From the NCBI RefSeq assembly GCF_030028105.1, contig NC_092371.1:14963884-15027883 (forward strand): a stretch of DNA of 64,000 bases. The letters are read 5' to 3'. The position numbers were made by a program, and so were the translations under genes. Under the pieces are notes generated by a model. That model was not told where the DNA came from. It ran no database searches and worked only from the letters and a program-made list of their open reading frames with translations. The stretch comes from Mobula birostris. Its lineage: Eukaryota. Shown here one piece after another: positions 39,240 to 52,400 of this stretch (the first letter of the stretch is position 1; each line of letters begins with the position of its first letter).

Positions 39240-40790
39240 TAGTTTTTCTCAGCTCAATCTGGTGAAACTTGAGGCGTGCGTATAGGCAAGCACGCTCTTT
39301 TCTCAATTGTTGGAAACTATCGGAATAGTTTGGTTCTGTTTATTAATGTGGCCTTCTGAAAATTTACCTGGATATTACTGTGTAGTCGTAGTTGTTTAAT
39401 GCAATTGTGTAGTGCCTTTGAGATGATGCCGGAAGTATTTAAAATTATGGGGACAATGTGTACTCTGTTCTTGTTCCAAAATCGTTGAATTTCCTCTTGT
39501 AATTTAGCCTATTTCTGGTGTTTTTCACATATTTATTTCTCTAATTTAAGTGTGTTTGGAATGATTATTTATTCAGTAAGTTGTTATTGCTTGTTTATCC
39601 TGCAATATTATATCCGTATTACTATTTATTTTTTCTCAGCTTAAGCTATTGCTTTTGTTACATTTTTGCTGTTCAGCTCTGCTTGGCAGATTTTCTAAGC
39701 CTTGACATAAATTCTGTCAAAATTTTACTTGCCTTTATCTGTACCTAGTAGTCCACATCACAAATTCGATTAAGAATCCTGAAAAAGTGCCTGAATTTTC
39801 GACAGAATCAACATAAATTTTAGCTAAAGAGGAAATCACAAAATATCAATCAAAATATCTTCCTATTATTTGTTTACAAACTATATAGAACATTTTAACC
39901 TCATATCTCGCACCTAATGAACACTCACTTTTATAACCACAATTCATTGAAGACGTTTTGCCATAAGGGTATAAAAGGATGTAAAGAAAAACTGAAAATA
40001 GGTTCTGCAATTCTAAATTAAGCCTGTCGTTAAAGCTGAAATCTTTCGTGTTGCTCTATTGACTACCAAATATCATTTGACACTACCCCACTGTATTTCA
40101 CTATGTTCACACTGTTGACACTATATTTCTTCAAATATATGAACTACACCCAATGCATGTGAAATTTGTTCACATTTGATGAAGCATTGGCCACTATAAT
40201 CAACCTATCTATTAAGAATAAAAAAGAGAGCAACCATTGTTATCAAATAAATCGAGGCATTTTGCAAGACGACTTTTTAAGTCCACTATGGTTCTGTCTA
40301 GCTTTAAACCTGCTCTCTAATTTACTGAATCTGACGAAAACTAGGTATCAAGTGAGAAACAACGAAATGAGCTATATTTCAATACACCCTCTATACATGT
40401 TCCTTCGTCAGTAAAGTTAAAGAAATTCTTTCAAATAGTAGAACTACTTTCGAAAGATAAATTAGGTAAATGCAGAACATTAAAAATAAAGAAAGCTATA
40501 ATGGAGCGAATAAAATAGAAAACAGAGCAGGATACATTGCAGCTGATGGATGAATACGAAACATATAAATATCTGGGATATCAACGAGCAAAAAAAGTAG
40601 TTCATAGTGCGATAAAGGAAAGCCCTTTGATCGAATTTACTTCAAGGCTGTAGAAAATCTGCCAAAGAGAGCTCAAAAGTGAAAATATAAGAACCGTAAT
40701 AAGCGCTTTCGCTATATTAACGTATTCTTTTCGCATAATATCTTGGTCCGAAACTAAACTGGAAAACTTACAACGAAAAATATCCCCATA
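39240..40790. mobile_element. R4/Dong-like LINE with an internal inversion (endonuclease/3' end on -, RT on +)
   Basis: + strand YQINRGILQDDFLSPLWFCLALNLLS (RT motif); - strand DIILQDK...QEEIQRFWNKNRVHIVPIILNTSGII (REL endonuclease). Confidence 0.65.
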
Positions 40791-40989
40791 CTACTATTTC
40801 CGGATGGTTATTATGGGTTGCAGATAGGTTAACAGATCCGTGGTATTCTGGTTCTAAAACTGGATTAGGTTTGTACTGTATTTATAGTAAGGCATGATTT
40901 CTTTTATGAGTTTGCATTTTAAAGGAGGATTTTGATAAATGATATATGCCACGATTGGGGCGGTGTAGGTAATCAGATTGAGTTAAGAC

Positions 40990-42760
40990 AACAACACCAT
41001 AAGACCCATGCGCAAACATTAGGCCATTGGGCCCAATGAGTCTGGTCCTTCATTCAGTTCTATCTGATCCTTTATTCCCCGTCCTCATCCACATTTCCCG
41101 ACCTTCTCCCGATAATGATTGATGTAGTGTCCAATCAAAACCTATCAATATCTGCCTTAAATATGCCCAATGACCTGACCTCCAAGGCTACGTGTGGTAA
41201 TGAATTCCACAAATACACCACCCTCTGGCTAAGAAAATTTCTCTGTATCTCTGTTTAAATTAACCCCACTATTCTGAGGCTGTGACCTCTTGGACTAGAC
41301 TCTCCCATCATGAGAAACATCCTTTCCACGTCTACTCCGTATGGACCATTCAACATTGGAAAGGTTTCAAAGAGATTGCCCATCATCCTTCTAAATGCCA
41401 TCGAGTACAGGCCCAAAGTTATCAAACGTTCCTCGTATCAAACCCTTTCATTCCTGTGATCATCCTGGTGAACTGCGTCTGGGTCCTCTCCAATGCCAGC
41501 ATATCTTTTCTTAGATGACGAGTCCTAAACTGTTTACAATTCCAAGGTGAGGCCCCACCAATACCTTAAATAGCCTCAGCACCATGTCACTGCTCTTGTA
41601 TTCATGTCCTCATTAAATGCATGCTAACATTGCCTTTGCCTTCCTTACTACCGACTCAATCTGCATGTGAACTTTTAGGGTGTTCTGCTCAATAACTCCC
41701 AAGTCCTTTTGCACCTCAGAATTTCAGATTTTCTACCCTTTCTAAAATAGCCTGCACATTTATTTCTACTACCGAAATGTATGACCATACATTTTGCATT
41801 CGCAACTTTCTTGACCATTCTATTAATCTGTCTAAGTCCTTCTTTAGCCTACCTGTTTCCACAATGCTACCTGCCCCTCCACCAATCTTCGTATTATCCG
41901 CAAAGTTGGCAACAAATCCATCTATTCCATCACCTAAATCATTAATATACAGAATAAAAAGAAGTTCCCAACACTGGACTCTGCGGAACATCGCTAGTCA
42001 CTGGCAACCATCCAAACAAGGTTCCCTTTATTCCCACTCGCTGCCTCTTACCAATTAGCCAAAGCTCTAACCATGATAGCAACTTTCCTGTAATGCTATG
42101 GGTTCTTAACTTGGTAAGCAGCCTCATGTGTGGCAACTTGTCAAAGGCCTTTTGAAAGTCCAAATATGCAACATCCACTGCATCACCTTTACCTATCCCA
42201 CTTGTAATCTCCTCAAATAATTCAAATAGGTTCGTCAGGTAAGATTTTCGCTAAAGGAAACCATGTTGACTTTGTCTTATCTTGTCCTATGTCACCATCT
42301 AGTCCATGACCTCATCCTTACCAATTAACTCCATCTTCTACCCAACCACTGGACTCAGGCTAACTGGTCTATAATTTCCTTTGTACTGTCTTCCTCCTTT
42401 CATAGAGTGGAGTAACGTTTGCAGCTTTCCAGTCCTCTGGCACCATGCCAAGGTCCAAAGATTTTTGAAAGGTTATTGCTAACGCTACCTCTTTCAGAAT
42501 CCTAGAGCGCAGATCATCTGGTCCGGGTGACCTATGTACCTTTAGGTCGTTCAGCTTTATGAACACATTCTCCCTTGTAATACTAACTATACTCACTTCG
42601 TCTCCTTCACAAATTACAACAGCTGGCACACTGCTGGTATCTTCCACAATAAAGACTGGCGTAAAAAGCTTACTTAGTTCATTTACCATCTCCTTGTCTC
42701 CCTTTATTATTTCTTCGGCCACATTTTCTAGCGGTCCTCTATCAAATGACATCACTCCTT
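40990..42760 (-). mobile_element. CR1 LINE ORF2 (RT) fragment
   Basis: DVAYLDFQKAFDKLPH.RLL.KL; LFILYINDL...VANFADNTKIGG; SPGPDDL..RILKEVA. Confidence 0.9.
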
Positions 42761-44599
42761 TAGTTTTTACTCACTAGAAAAAGGTTTTACTATTCACTGG
42801 TATTGTTTACTATTTGATTCCATATTTCCTCTTTCCCCTTCTAATGATTCTTTTGGACTCGCGAGAAAATATCTCTGAGTTGTATGTGGTGACACATAAG
42901 TACATTGACAATAAGGTTACTTTGAAATTTGAATCCGCCGGAGAAAGGGTGGACTTCCCATGTACCTGGGGTTTGAAATCCAGCAGTGTGGGAGGAATCG
43001 AACCAAGCAATGCAGGAAGTGAAAACTTTACTGTTGTTCCTAACACGCTCTCATTTAACAGAAGCAGCTTAACGCAAGGACAATTCGATGAAAATATACA
43101 TGCAACACAAGGGTCAAATTGTCGTAGAGAACAGTGTTGTCAGTATTGGTTATCACTGTCTGAAATTCTATAGTTCTGGGACAGGTCCTGAAGAATAGAG
43201 TGAGAGAAAGATAAAGAGAAATGCGAGAGTCAATCAGTGGCAGATAGAGAGAGAGGGAGAGGGAGAGAGAGAGAGAGAGAGAGAGGAGGGAAGGAGGGTG
43301 ACAGAGGATGAAGGATACTTGGAAGTCATCAATGAGATTAAAGAGTCACAATTGAATTGAGAATGGGAAGTTGTTATTTACAAACCGTAAGAGATTTCTG
43401 ACGAAAACGTAAGAGATTTCTGACGTTGTAATTAATAAATAGAAATGGAAAATCTTGCACAGGTGGTGTACTGTCAATTTCTGGGAGTCCTCGCTAAAGT
43501 TGCACAAAAATGTGTGTGTACACATCTATTTCAAATATTAAAACATATCAATATTTGTCATATCTATATCAAAACATAGAGTGAAATGCTTCGCTTGCTT
43601 CGAGGATATGCATGAGGCAGCCCACAAATGTCTATCTATACTAACCTTTGGGCTTAGCAATAACATACCTACAGATACTGATAGAAAGTAGAGAGAGGCG
43701 TCAAAGCACGATGGAGGTGTGCAGTGTAACAATAGCTTTCAATAGGTATATTTAATATCAGAGAATTATATGCAATATACATCCTGAAATTCTTTTTCTT
43801 CGCAAATATCTAAGAAAACAGAGGAGTGCCCCAAAGAATGAATGGCAGTTAAATGTTAGAACCGCAAAGTACCCCCCAGCACTATCCACCCACGCATTAA
43901 CATCAGCAAAGCAACGACTCCCTCCCCCCACCCCATACCAGCTTAAAAGCATCGGCACCCCCCACGAAGCACTTAAGCGTGCAGCAAAGCATCAATAAAA
44001 ACATAGAATTGCAGTACCCCAAAGACTACTCATTCAGCCGGTAATTTGACATACCATAGGATCTCTCTCTCACTAATAAGCGTAACAGAAGTATCCCCAT
44101 TTCAAAGCGAGAAAGGAGATATAACAAGATAACTCGCTGATTTATGATGTTAAAAGTCCTTTGCGTCGCATTTACCGAGCTCTGTGCCCAAAGATCTCGG
44201 GCCTCTGGCCACACAGCCTGAGAATTTCCGACTCCCTCCACACACCGATCTCCTGCCCGAACACCGACCTCCGATGTTCGCGTCTCCAGATACAAAAAAT
44301 CTCAGACCTCCAAAGGTGAGCTAGGCTCCTATGCCGCGCCTTTGGTGTGCCGATGAACGGCCAGTCGTGAAACCACGACAGTGGGTCCCATTCCCGCAAA
44401 GAACTGTAGTTAGCGCATTATTCCAGGTCAGGGTCTTCAAAAGAGCCCTGAAAGGGAAAAATGGAGAGCCTGAAGATAGGATAGAGCCGTTTGCGAAGAT
44501 TCAAGCAATGGAATCGCCGTTAGGCACCATAGTCCTCCTAAGTTACGCCTAGAGAAGTGAACGTATTAGATACTTTTCTTGTATCACAAGACCATAAGG

Positions 44600-46230
44600 A
44601 CATTTGTAGTGTACTAATAAGACAAGAAGCTATAGGAGGAGAATAAGGTCATTTAGTCTATCGATTCTGCTCCGCCATTCCATGATAGCTGGCGTCCGCA
44701 TCCGTCCTTAGCAATGAATTACATAGATTCACAACCCTCTGGATAAAGACATTGCTCCTTAACTTTGGTATAAGTGGACGAACCTCTATTCAGAGACTGT
44801 GGCCTCTTGTCCAGACTGACTAACAGAAGGAAGCATGCACTCTGTATGCACTCTATCTAGGTCTTTCAATATTCGATAGGTTTCATTGACATATCCCCTC
44901 TGCATTCTTCTAAACTACAGTGACTACGGTCCAAGAATCCTCAAGGGCTCCTCCTACCTTAATCCTTTCATTCCAGGGATCATGTTTGTGAAACTTCCCT
45001 AGACCGTCTGCACTGTCAGCACACCTTTGCTTAGATCCGGGGCCCAAAACTGATCACAATGCTCTAAGTGCAGCATTATCAATACTTTATAAAGCCTCAG
45101 CATTACAGCCTTGCTTTTATATTTTAGTCTTCTCGAAGTGCATGAAAACATTGCATTTGTCTTCCTTACCACTGATCAATCTCCAAATAACGTTTAGGGG
45201 TTCTTACACAACGTCTCCCAATTTTCTTCGCACCTTTGATTATTGAATTTTCTTCCCTTTCAGAAAATATTCTATACCTTTATTCTTTCTACCAAAGTAT
45301 TTGATCATATGCTGCCCTAAGCTACATTCCACCTGCAACTTCTTTGACCATTCTCCAGTTCTGTCAAAGTCCTTCTACAGACTCTATGTTTCCTGCAGTA
45401 CCCTACCTGCTCCTCCACTTCTCTTCATATCGCCACAAAGCCATCAATTCCGTCAACCAAATCGCTGACATCAAGTATCAAAAGAAACAATCCCAACACT
45501 GACAGTTGCAGAAAACCGCTAGTCTGCGGTAACTAATCTTCAATCCATGCTGGTATCTTTCCCGTAATATCATTGGCTCTTACCTTGTTAATCAGCTTCA
45601 TGTGTAGCACCTCGTCAAAGACCTTCTGAAAGTCCGAGAAAACAGCATCCACAAACTCTCCTTTGTCTATCCGGTTCCTGCCTCCAGTTATTTTTTAAAT
45701 TAAACCCAACAGGTTTGTCAGGCAAGCTGTGCCCTTAAAGATATCATGCTGATGTTGGCCTACTTTATCATGTGGCTCCATGTACACCGAAACTTCATCC
45801 TTAATCATGGACTCCAGCAACTTCCCAACCACTAATGTCACGCTAAGTGGCCTATAAGTTCCTTCAACTTCGCTTCCTTTAGAAAAACTCGGGTGTAATT
45901 TACAGTTTTGCAGTCCTCCGGAAACATTCTAGTATCCAATGATACATGAAAGAGCATTACAAACGTTTGATAAAATTTTCTGCCTCTGTTCCAACCAAGG
46001 AGTGTACCTATAGATCTTTAAGCTTCTCAAGAACCTTCTCCTTAGTACTATCAATACATTCTCTTCCGATACTCTCGAATTTCTGACCTATTGCCAATAT
46101 TTTCCACAGTGAAGGCAGGTGTAAAATATATTAATTTCGTTTGACATTTCTTTATTCCCCCATTACTGCCTATATACCATAAATTTCCAGTGTTCTGCTA
46201 TCCACACTTACCTTCGCTTTACTCTTTTAT
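44600..46230 (-). mobile_element. CR1 LINE ORF2 fragment, more decayed
   Basis: Nucleotide similarity to the 41-42.7 kb copy (caacttcccaaccact, aaagaccttctgaaagtcc). Confidence 0.75.
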
Positions 46231-49200
46231 GTCATTGGCTAGCTTATCCTTATATTTGCTATCTTACCTTCATATCTTTAATATTCCATAGGTAGGAATA
46301 TGGAGCCAGAGACGATAAGTATTTGGGGTCCACAATTCAATTGAAGAGCGTATCGGCCGAATGAGTGAGCTACCATCCTTTTTCCCTCAAATGTTTTTTT
46401 TTCCTGGGCTTTGAGTGGACATGGTACAATTGGCGTTGACAAGTGCTCTGTAATTGTACCACAAGATGGCGTGCGCAGCTAGTTTCAGATTTCCGGTGGC
46501 GGTATTGGGAACGAGCAGCACTGGATGTCAACGGCAGACAAAGAACTTTATAATTCTAAATGTGAAGAGGCAGTTAAACATTAACGGAGTGTACTGAAAA
46601 CATAAGACTATGGAGTCTGAAAATAATATGCAACGAAATTCCTGCAAAAGTAACAACTAGCCTTACATGTTTTCCCTGCAGGACAATTGGACTACACTTT
46701 CACGCTGCATAGCAACTTGGAGCAGAACGAAGCTTTGCTCCTGACAGTCCTGCAACAATCATTTAGATCATGGCTGATTTAGGAGACGGAAATGATATGG
46801 AAAATGGTGTAGGGCAGAAAGAACTTACAGATAGAGGGAGAGCCGAGCCGGAGACGATTTACGTGAAAGGGAGATCGTTGCAGACTCCAGAAACAGGGTC
46901 AGGAGCGCGGCTAGTGAGGTTTACGCAGGGGCAGTGTAGGAACTAGACGAAGCAATGAGCAGCTCAAAGGGAGGTTTCAGAACAATTATAAAATCTGAAA
47001 ACAGAGAGGTTTTATTGTCGGCCAAGAAGAACAGAACTAGAGAGAGGCGAACAACGTGTAATTTAAAGCGCTCGCTTCAATGTTTACACCATTTCTTCTT
47101 CTTCGCTAATGGTATTAAAAAGAACATGGGTGGAATGAGCCGGCGCCAGTACGGCAGAGATGGCGAATGGGAGGCCTCATTCAACGGTGTTGGTCTCCAT
47201 AATATCATTATCTGACGTGAACTCCTCGACCTAGAACAATAACTTTCCTCAAATGTTATGTGATCTGGCGATTTTTCCCGCATTTTCTGTTTTTTTTTGT
47301 TCTTTTGGATATTTTAAAAAACTCTATTTAAAAACAAGTCATCATGGGATCGTATAGCGTCATTAGTGAAAAGGTATCGTTCAATGCACGGCCCCAATCT
47401 GTTCGTTTCAAACTTTATGGTAAGATATTTACTTTGAATGCAGTTGAAAGCTAAAACGTCTAAGAGACGGAAAGGACCCATCACAAATACTCTTTAATGT
47501 GGAATTATATGAAACATGTATGCAGACAAATGTCAGCACTACATTGACCAAATTATGGGATTTGATCTTCTAAAATCCCTTTGATTTTATACCGTGTCAG
47601 GGCATAATATAACAAAATTGGATTGTCGTGGGAATACTTGACTACTTGGTTGAGAAGGTGCGGATTATAGACAAACGTCCATTTTCAATCTTGCTTCTTT
47701 CGACTGTAGATCTATGGGCATGGTTTCAGGCTGAAGAAAAGAAGCAGGACAATTTATATTGATTTATAAATTGGCAATTTATAAGAAAATGCGATTTTTG
47801 TTCGTCTTTGCAGTTTTTTAGAACAAACGAAACTAAAATGATCTGAACATCGACAAATAATTATATAAATTATAAATAGGAAAAATTCAGGGAGAGTAAG
47901 ATTAACACAGATAAATACAGTTGGTGAAATTGACAGTAAACTTAAAGGAAGTGTAAAATTTCTGAGAAAAAAAGTAATCCAGTGTAATTATGCATGTTGT
48001 AGATGTACTGGTTGTCATCTTCCTAAATGCTATAGATACTCCCTCATATTCAAATACAGTAAATGTAGGAAAACAAAAGAAAAATAATATATAAACTCTC
48101 GTCTATCCAACATTAATGGCAAGGAAATTGCTAAAATCTGCTCACAAGGACGTGGTAATAGGGAAAAAATAATGATTGGATTTGATAGAGTTATTATAGA
48201 TTCATCAGAGTGAAATATGTTTGACAACACTACATTTAGAGTTTGTAAGTCGCTGAAGCGATAAAGGCGAAATATTTAACGTGTTTACATTATGAAAACG
48301 GACGATTAGGCGTCACATGAAATTAATAAACTTAATGTGATATATGGTCATGGATTGAGGTTTGTTAACGGAAATAGAACATTTTTAACAAAAGTTGAAA
48401 AGTATCTAAGCGAATGCCCAACGTACAAAGAAAATGAAATGCAATGCGGAAAAATGTAAAGTCAAGTACATCAGTCAGCAATTGGTGAAGAAGTTATAAA
48501 TGAACAATGTCTGAAAGATGTTGATTTCAAAGAGTACTCGGAGTTAATTGTACACAAAACATTAAAAATTAATGTGGAGGTACAAGAGGCAAACAGGAGG
48601 AAAAGCAACCCGTAACTTTTTTGCAGAGAATTGATCACAGAGTTGAAGTTAAGACTGAGGCAATGTTTGTGGTCTTTAGAATAACTGGATGTTAACTCGT
48701 CAGAGCTGCAAACTGTTTTCTGGCTCTCACGGGGTTGATGTTGAGTTAATGATTCTCTTGGATTGAAGTACCGAGAATCACGGTCACGCTTTTAACATTC
48801 AGAACTAATTTGAGAGGAAATTTCATCATCCAAATCGTGATAAATCTCCAGAATTTTCTGCGCGTATGGCACTGTAGCTTTAGTATCTGCTCATATTTAA
48901 GACCGAGCTGGGTCTTTTTTAGATAATAAATTGAAATTCGGGTCTGGGTTTCTTCTGAGAAAATAGCACTGAATTGCCAAACCAACCATGTCCTTCCTTG
49001 ATAGGAATAAGGATGTAGAATACAGTGTTCTAGTTACAGTGGAAGTGCTCTGCAAGGTGACAAATAAAGTGCAAGGGCCACACGGTTCAGAGAAGCAAAG
49101 CATTGTGATTTGACAACGCCTGTCTCTTGCCTCCGGTTTAAGCAGCCTACGCCACACAACACTTTCCACGCGTGTTCCTCATGCATCGCATAACGCCCTT

Positions 49201-49235
49201 TGAAGTAAGATGCATTCACTGACGTTTAAAGTGTA

Positions 49236-49279
49236 AACAGGAAGCATGCAGCGAGAATTGGTACAGTGCGGGACTTTCC
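49236..49279 (+). promoter_or_regulatory. A2 proximal promoter: ETS core (aacAGGAAgc) and perfect NF-kB site GGGACTTTCC (49270-49279)
   Basis: About 120 bp upstream of the ATG; both motifs are conserved in the A1 copy despite divergence around them. Confidence 0.65.
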
Positions 49280-49397
49280 ACAGATGTACTTTTAAAGGCG
49301 ATACTACATTTCGGCACCTGACATATATTTCGCTTACTTTCCGATCCCACGATTATCTGGGCAATCTCATGGTGCACAATTCGCAGCGAACGGGACA

Positions 49398-49440
49398 ATG
49401 AACTTCTTATGGGTCTGCGTCCTGATCTACCTCCTTCCAG
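49398..49440 (+). CDS. A2 exon 1, signal peptide (MNFLWVCVLIYLLP)
   Basis: ATG in an acaATG context, hydrophobic run, phase-1 donor CCAG|gttagt; joins the V exon in frame. Confidence 0.85.
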
Positions 49441-52400
49441 GTTAGTCTTCGTCCGTTCGAATTTGCGGCGCAATTTTGCGGCCAGATTATGGAAGTGAAC
49501 TCTTTAGGATACGTTTTTCCAACCTTTTCTGTGCCATAGCACTCTACCATTGAACGAGGGGTCCACGGACTCCAGTGGGAAGCCCCTGCTGTTGGGGAAG
49601 TTCGTTCAGCTGAATTTTTTCTCGACTAAGCAAAGTGCACCTTATTCCAGCATTACCGGAGCTCCCCGTCAGACCTTAAAAGGACTCTCTTGTTGCAGAT
49701 AAAACTTCCCAAATTGGCTTATGGAGCAAGAACAGAGAAATCCCTCGGCCTCCGTGGTTCAGAGTTAGTCATCTATGGAGATCACTGAAATATTTCTGGA
49801 TGATTATTAGCTGCTCGTAACACCATCTCCCCCTCCCGCCCCGCCTTCCCGGAACTTTACTGTGCTCCGGGATTCCACATGTTCTACCACAGTGACTTTG
49901 AAATGTCCTTTGGCTGCTGCAAATATCCGGCCTATTATCTGTCTGTCTCTGTGTATCCCTCCGTTTGTCTATCTGTCTGCCTCTCTGTTTATCTCTATCT
50001 AACCATCTGTCTGCCTATCTCTGTACCTCTAACTCTGTCTCTCTTCCTTCAACTCTTTATTGATTTCCCCATTCTGTTTGCTCCGTTTTAATCCTTAAGA
50101 TGTAAGTTCCAATGGATATTATGCATACTAATAATTTATTGATCGCACAGGGCATTTTACGCAGAGTCCGGTATTTTGTTTTTACAATAGATTTGATAGA
50201 TCCGTACCCTGATAACATCCTGGTGAATTTCTTCCTTTCGCAGTTGTTAGCCCTCAGGACGTTTACCGTCAGACGCCGTCAACTCAGGTCCTTTCAGTTG
50301 GAAGTACCTTTAAAGTGGATTGCCACACGGGCTGGTTACCAGGTGGGAAGGTTAATTGGTACAAACGGCAGCGCCAAGAACATTTACAGTACGTTTACTC
50401 TGTGATGGAATACACACCCGCCGCTGGAAGGTTATCGGGACAAGTTAACGGTGAAAGTACTATTTACTCCCTGATTGTTAATGATGTCCAGATAACTGAT
50501 TCGGGGTGGTACTATTGTTCAGCCAAGTCAATTACCGAAAAGCCCTTCGTGTTCGGTAACGGTTCCAAACTGGTTATTACAGGTTAGCGAAAGATTATTT
50601 GTAAATCATTTGGTCAGAAGTTCCTGGTTTTACGCCTAACTAATTACATCCTTATTCCAATACCCCATTAGGATCTCCGCGCATTTTTCTCTTAACACCG
50701 CCGATGAGTGAAATTCGTGAGGTGGAAACGGTCCAGTTGATGTGCTTGGCGCAAAACGTGGACGCAGATGCCCAGTTCATACTCTGGGATGTTTCGGGGC
50801 GTGATTTCGAGGGACGGGTGGATTCCGGAACAATAGACCGCGACGGGACACAAAGTTTCAGGAGTCAGATCGGAATCCCGGTGGAGACGTGGCGCAGCGG
50901 CGCCGTATGCACCTGCTCACTTCGAGTCAACGCGACCGAGAACTTAATTACTGACAGTGTTTTCGCTCGAAGAGGTAATTATCGTGAATGAGCGGCAATG
51001 TGAAACATTGATATTATAACCATAAATCATTAAAATACTACAGGGCAGAAACCGGCGCTTTGGCCCACTTTGTCCGCGTTGAACTTTTCATCTGCCAATT
51101 CCCGCACCCGGAGGTTAGCCCTCTATACCTCAATCCATATACCTCTCCAAATTTCTTGAGTGTTAAAATCGAACCCGCATCCACCATTTCCGTTGGCAGC
51201 TTATTCCACACCCTCACCACCATTTCAGTAAAAAAAAAGCTCGCTCTTAAACATTTAAACTTTCATCCTTAACCCATGACCTGTCGTTCAATTCTCACCT
51301 AGCCTCAGCGGAAAATGTTTATGACTAATATTTTACTTCGCAAAGGAACTTAGTGTATGACGATATGATCTATTCTAGTATTGCCATAGTTCTGTCGCAT
51401 GTCTCGCAATACTTCAATATCCCGTTTTCTGAGTTGTAGCTCAATGTTTATGTCAGTTCCTATGAAAACTATTAGAATTTGCTTGATATTCTACTCCACT
51501 TTCAACCCTAACATTTATTCTGGGTAACATACTTATATTCAGACTCAATGTTCCTGCAGAGGGGACAGTCCATTCAACCTTGCTGCTCATACGATCTTTT
51601 ATAATTCATCTGACCCTCTTTCGTCATCCCTACTTCAACAGCCCTATTCTTTAACTTCTCTGTGATCCAATTTTCTCTTGGTTTCACCACGCAGATAAAG
51701 GCCGTTCTGTCCATCTCTGCCGCGTCTTTTCGTTATAGTTCTTAATATTTCCCTTGGAGAGCAAATTGTACTTTCTGGTCACTCAAAATAATGTATTTCT
51801 TTTAATTCCTGACATCAAATATTTCCGCGCCTATTTTATATTTTCTGCACACACGGGTCAAACAAAGAGAACAAATTTCATAACCTCGACAGTGATCCGG
51901 TCAAATGCTTTAAGGTGACATGGAACTTTCTTCGATCATTCCTCATGTTCCGATGGGCATAGAATCTTACTTATCGACCCTTTGTGTTAACTTATTCTAC
52001 AGCTTATTCCAATATGCTGGACTAACTTTCTACAATGTTGAGATTTTCGAACATTCCATAACTAGTTATTCCAAAAGGCTCCGGTTTCGAGCTCCAGAAT
52101 GAAAGCTTTTCTTCTTTTTCCTGGATATTTCCCTACGATACAGACAATCCCTACACCTGACTTTGTTGTTACCGTACTTCTTCAGGACACATACTTGCAA
52201 AGTGTACGAAGCTTCCTTATCCTCCGCATCAAAACACAATGATTTCTAATTTTCCGCCGGAAAATGGAGGAGAAAAGAAACGATATGCCAGTGGACGCTG
52301 ACAAGATGGGCGGAAGGTTGAATAGTAGTCAAGAAGAAAAGAAACATAAACACTATTCGCGACGGAACGTAGGATACTGCACAGTAGAGGCCTTTTAACC

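Noticed and set aside
50244-50974. Calling A2 or B1 a conventional TCR or Ig light-chain gene
   Set aside because: No RSS or separate J; very short V-C introns; TM without the conserved TCR charged residues; tyrosine-motif tails that IgL and TCR chains lack.
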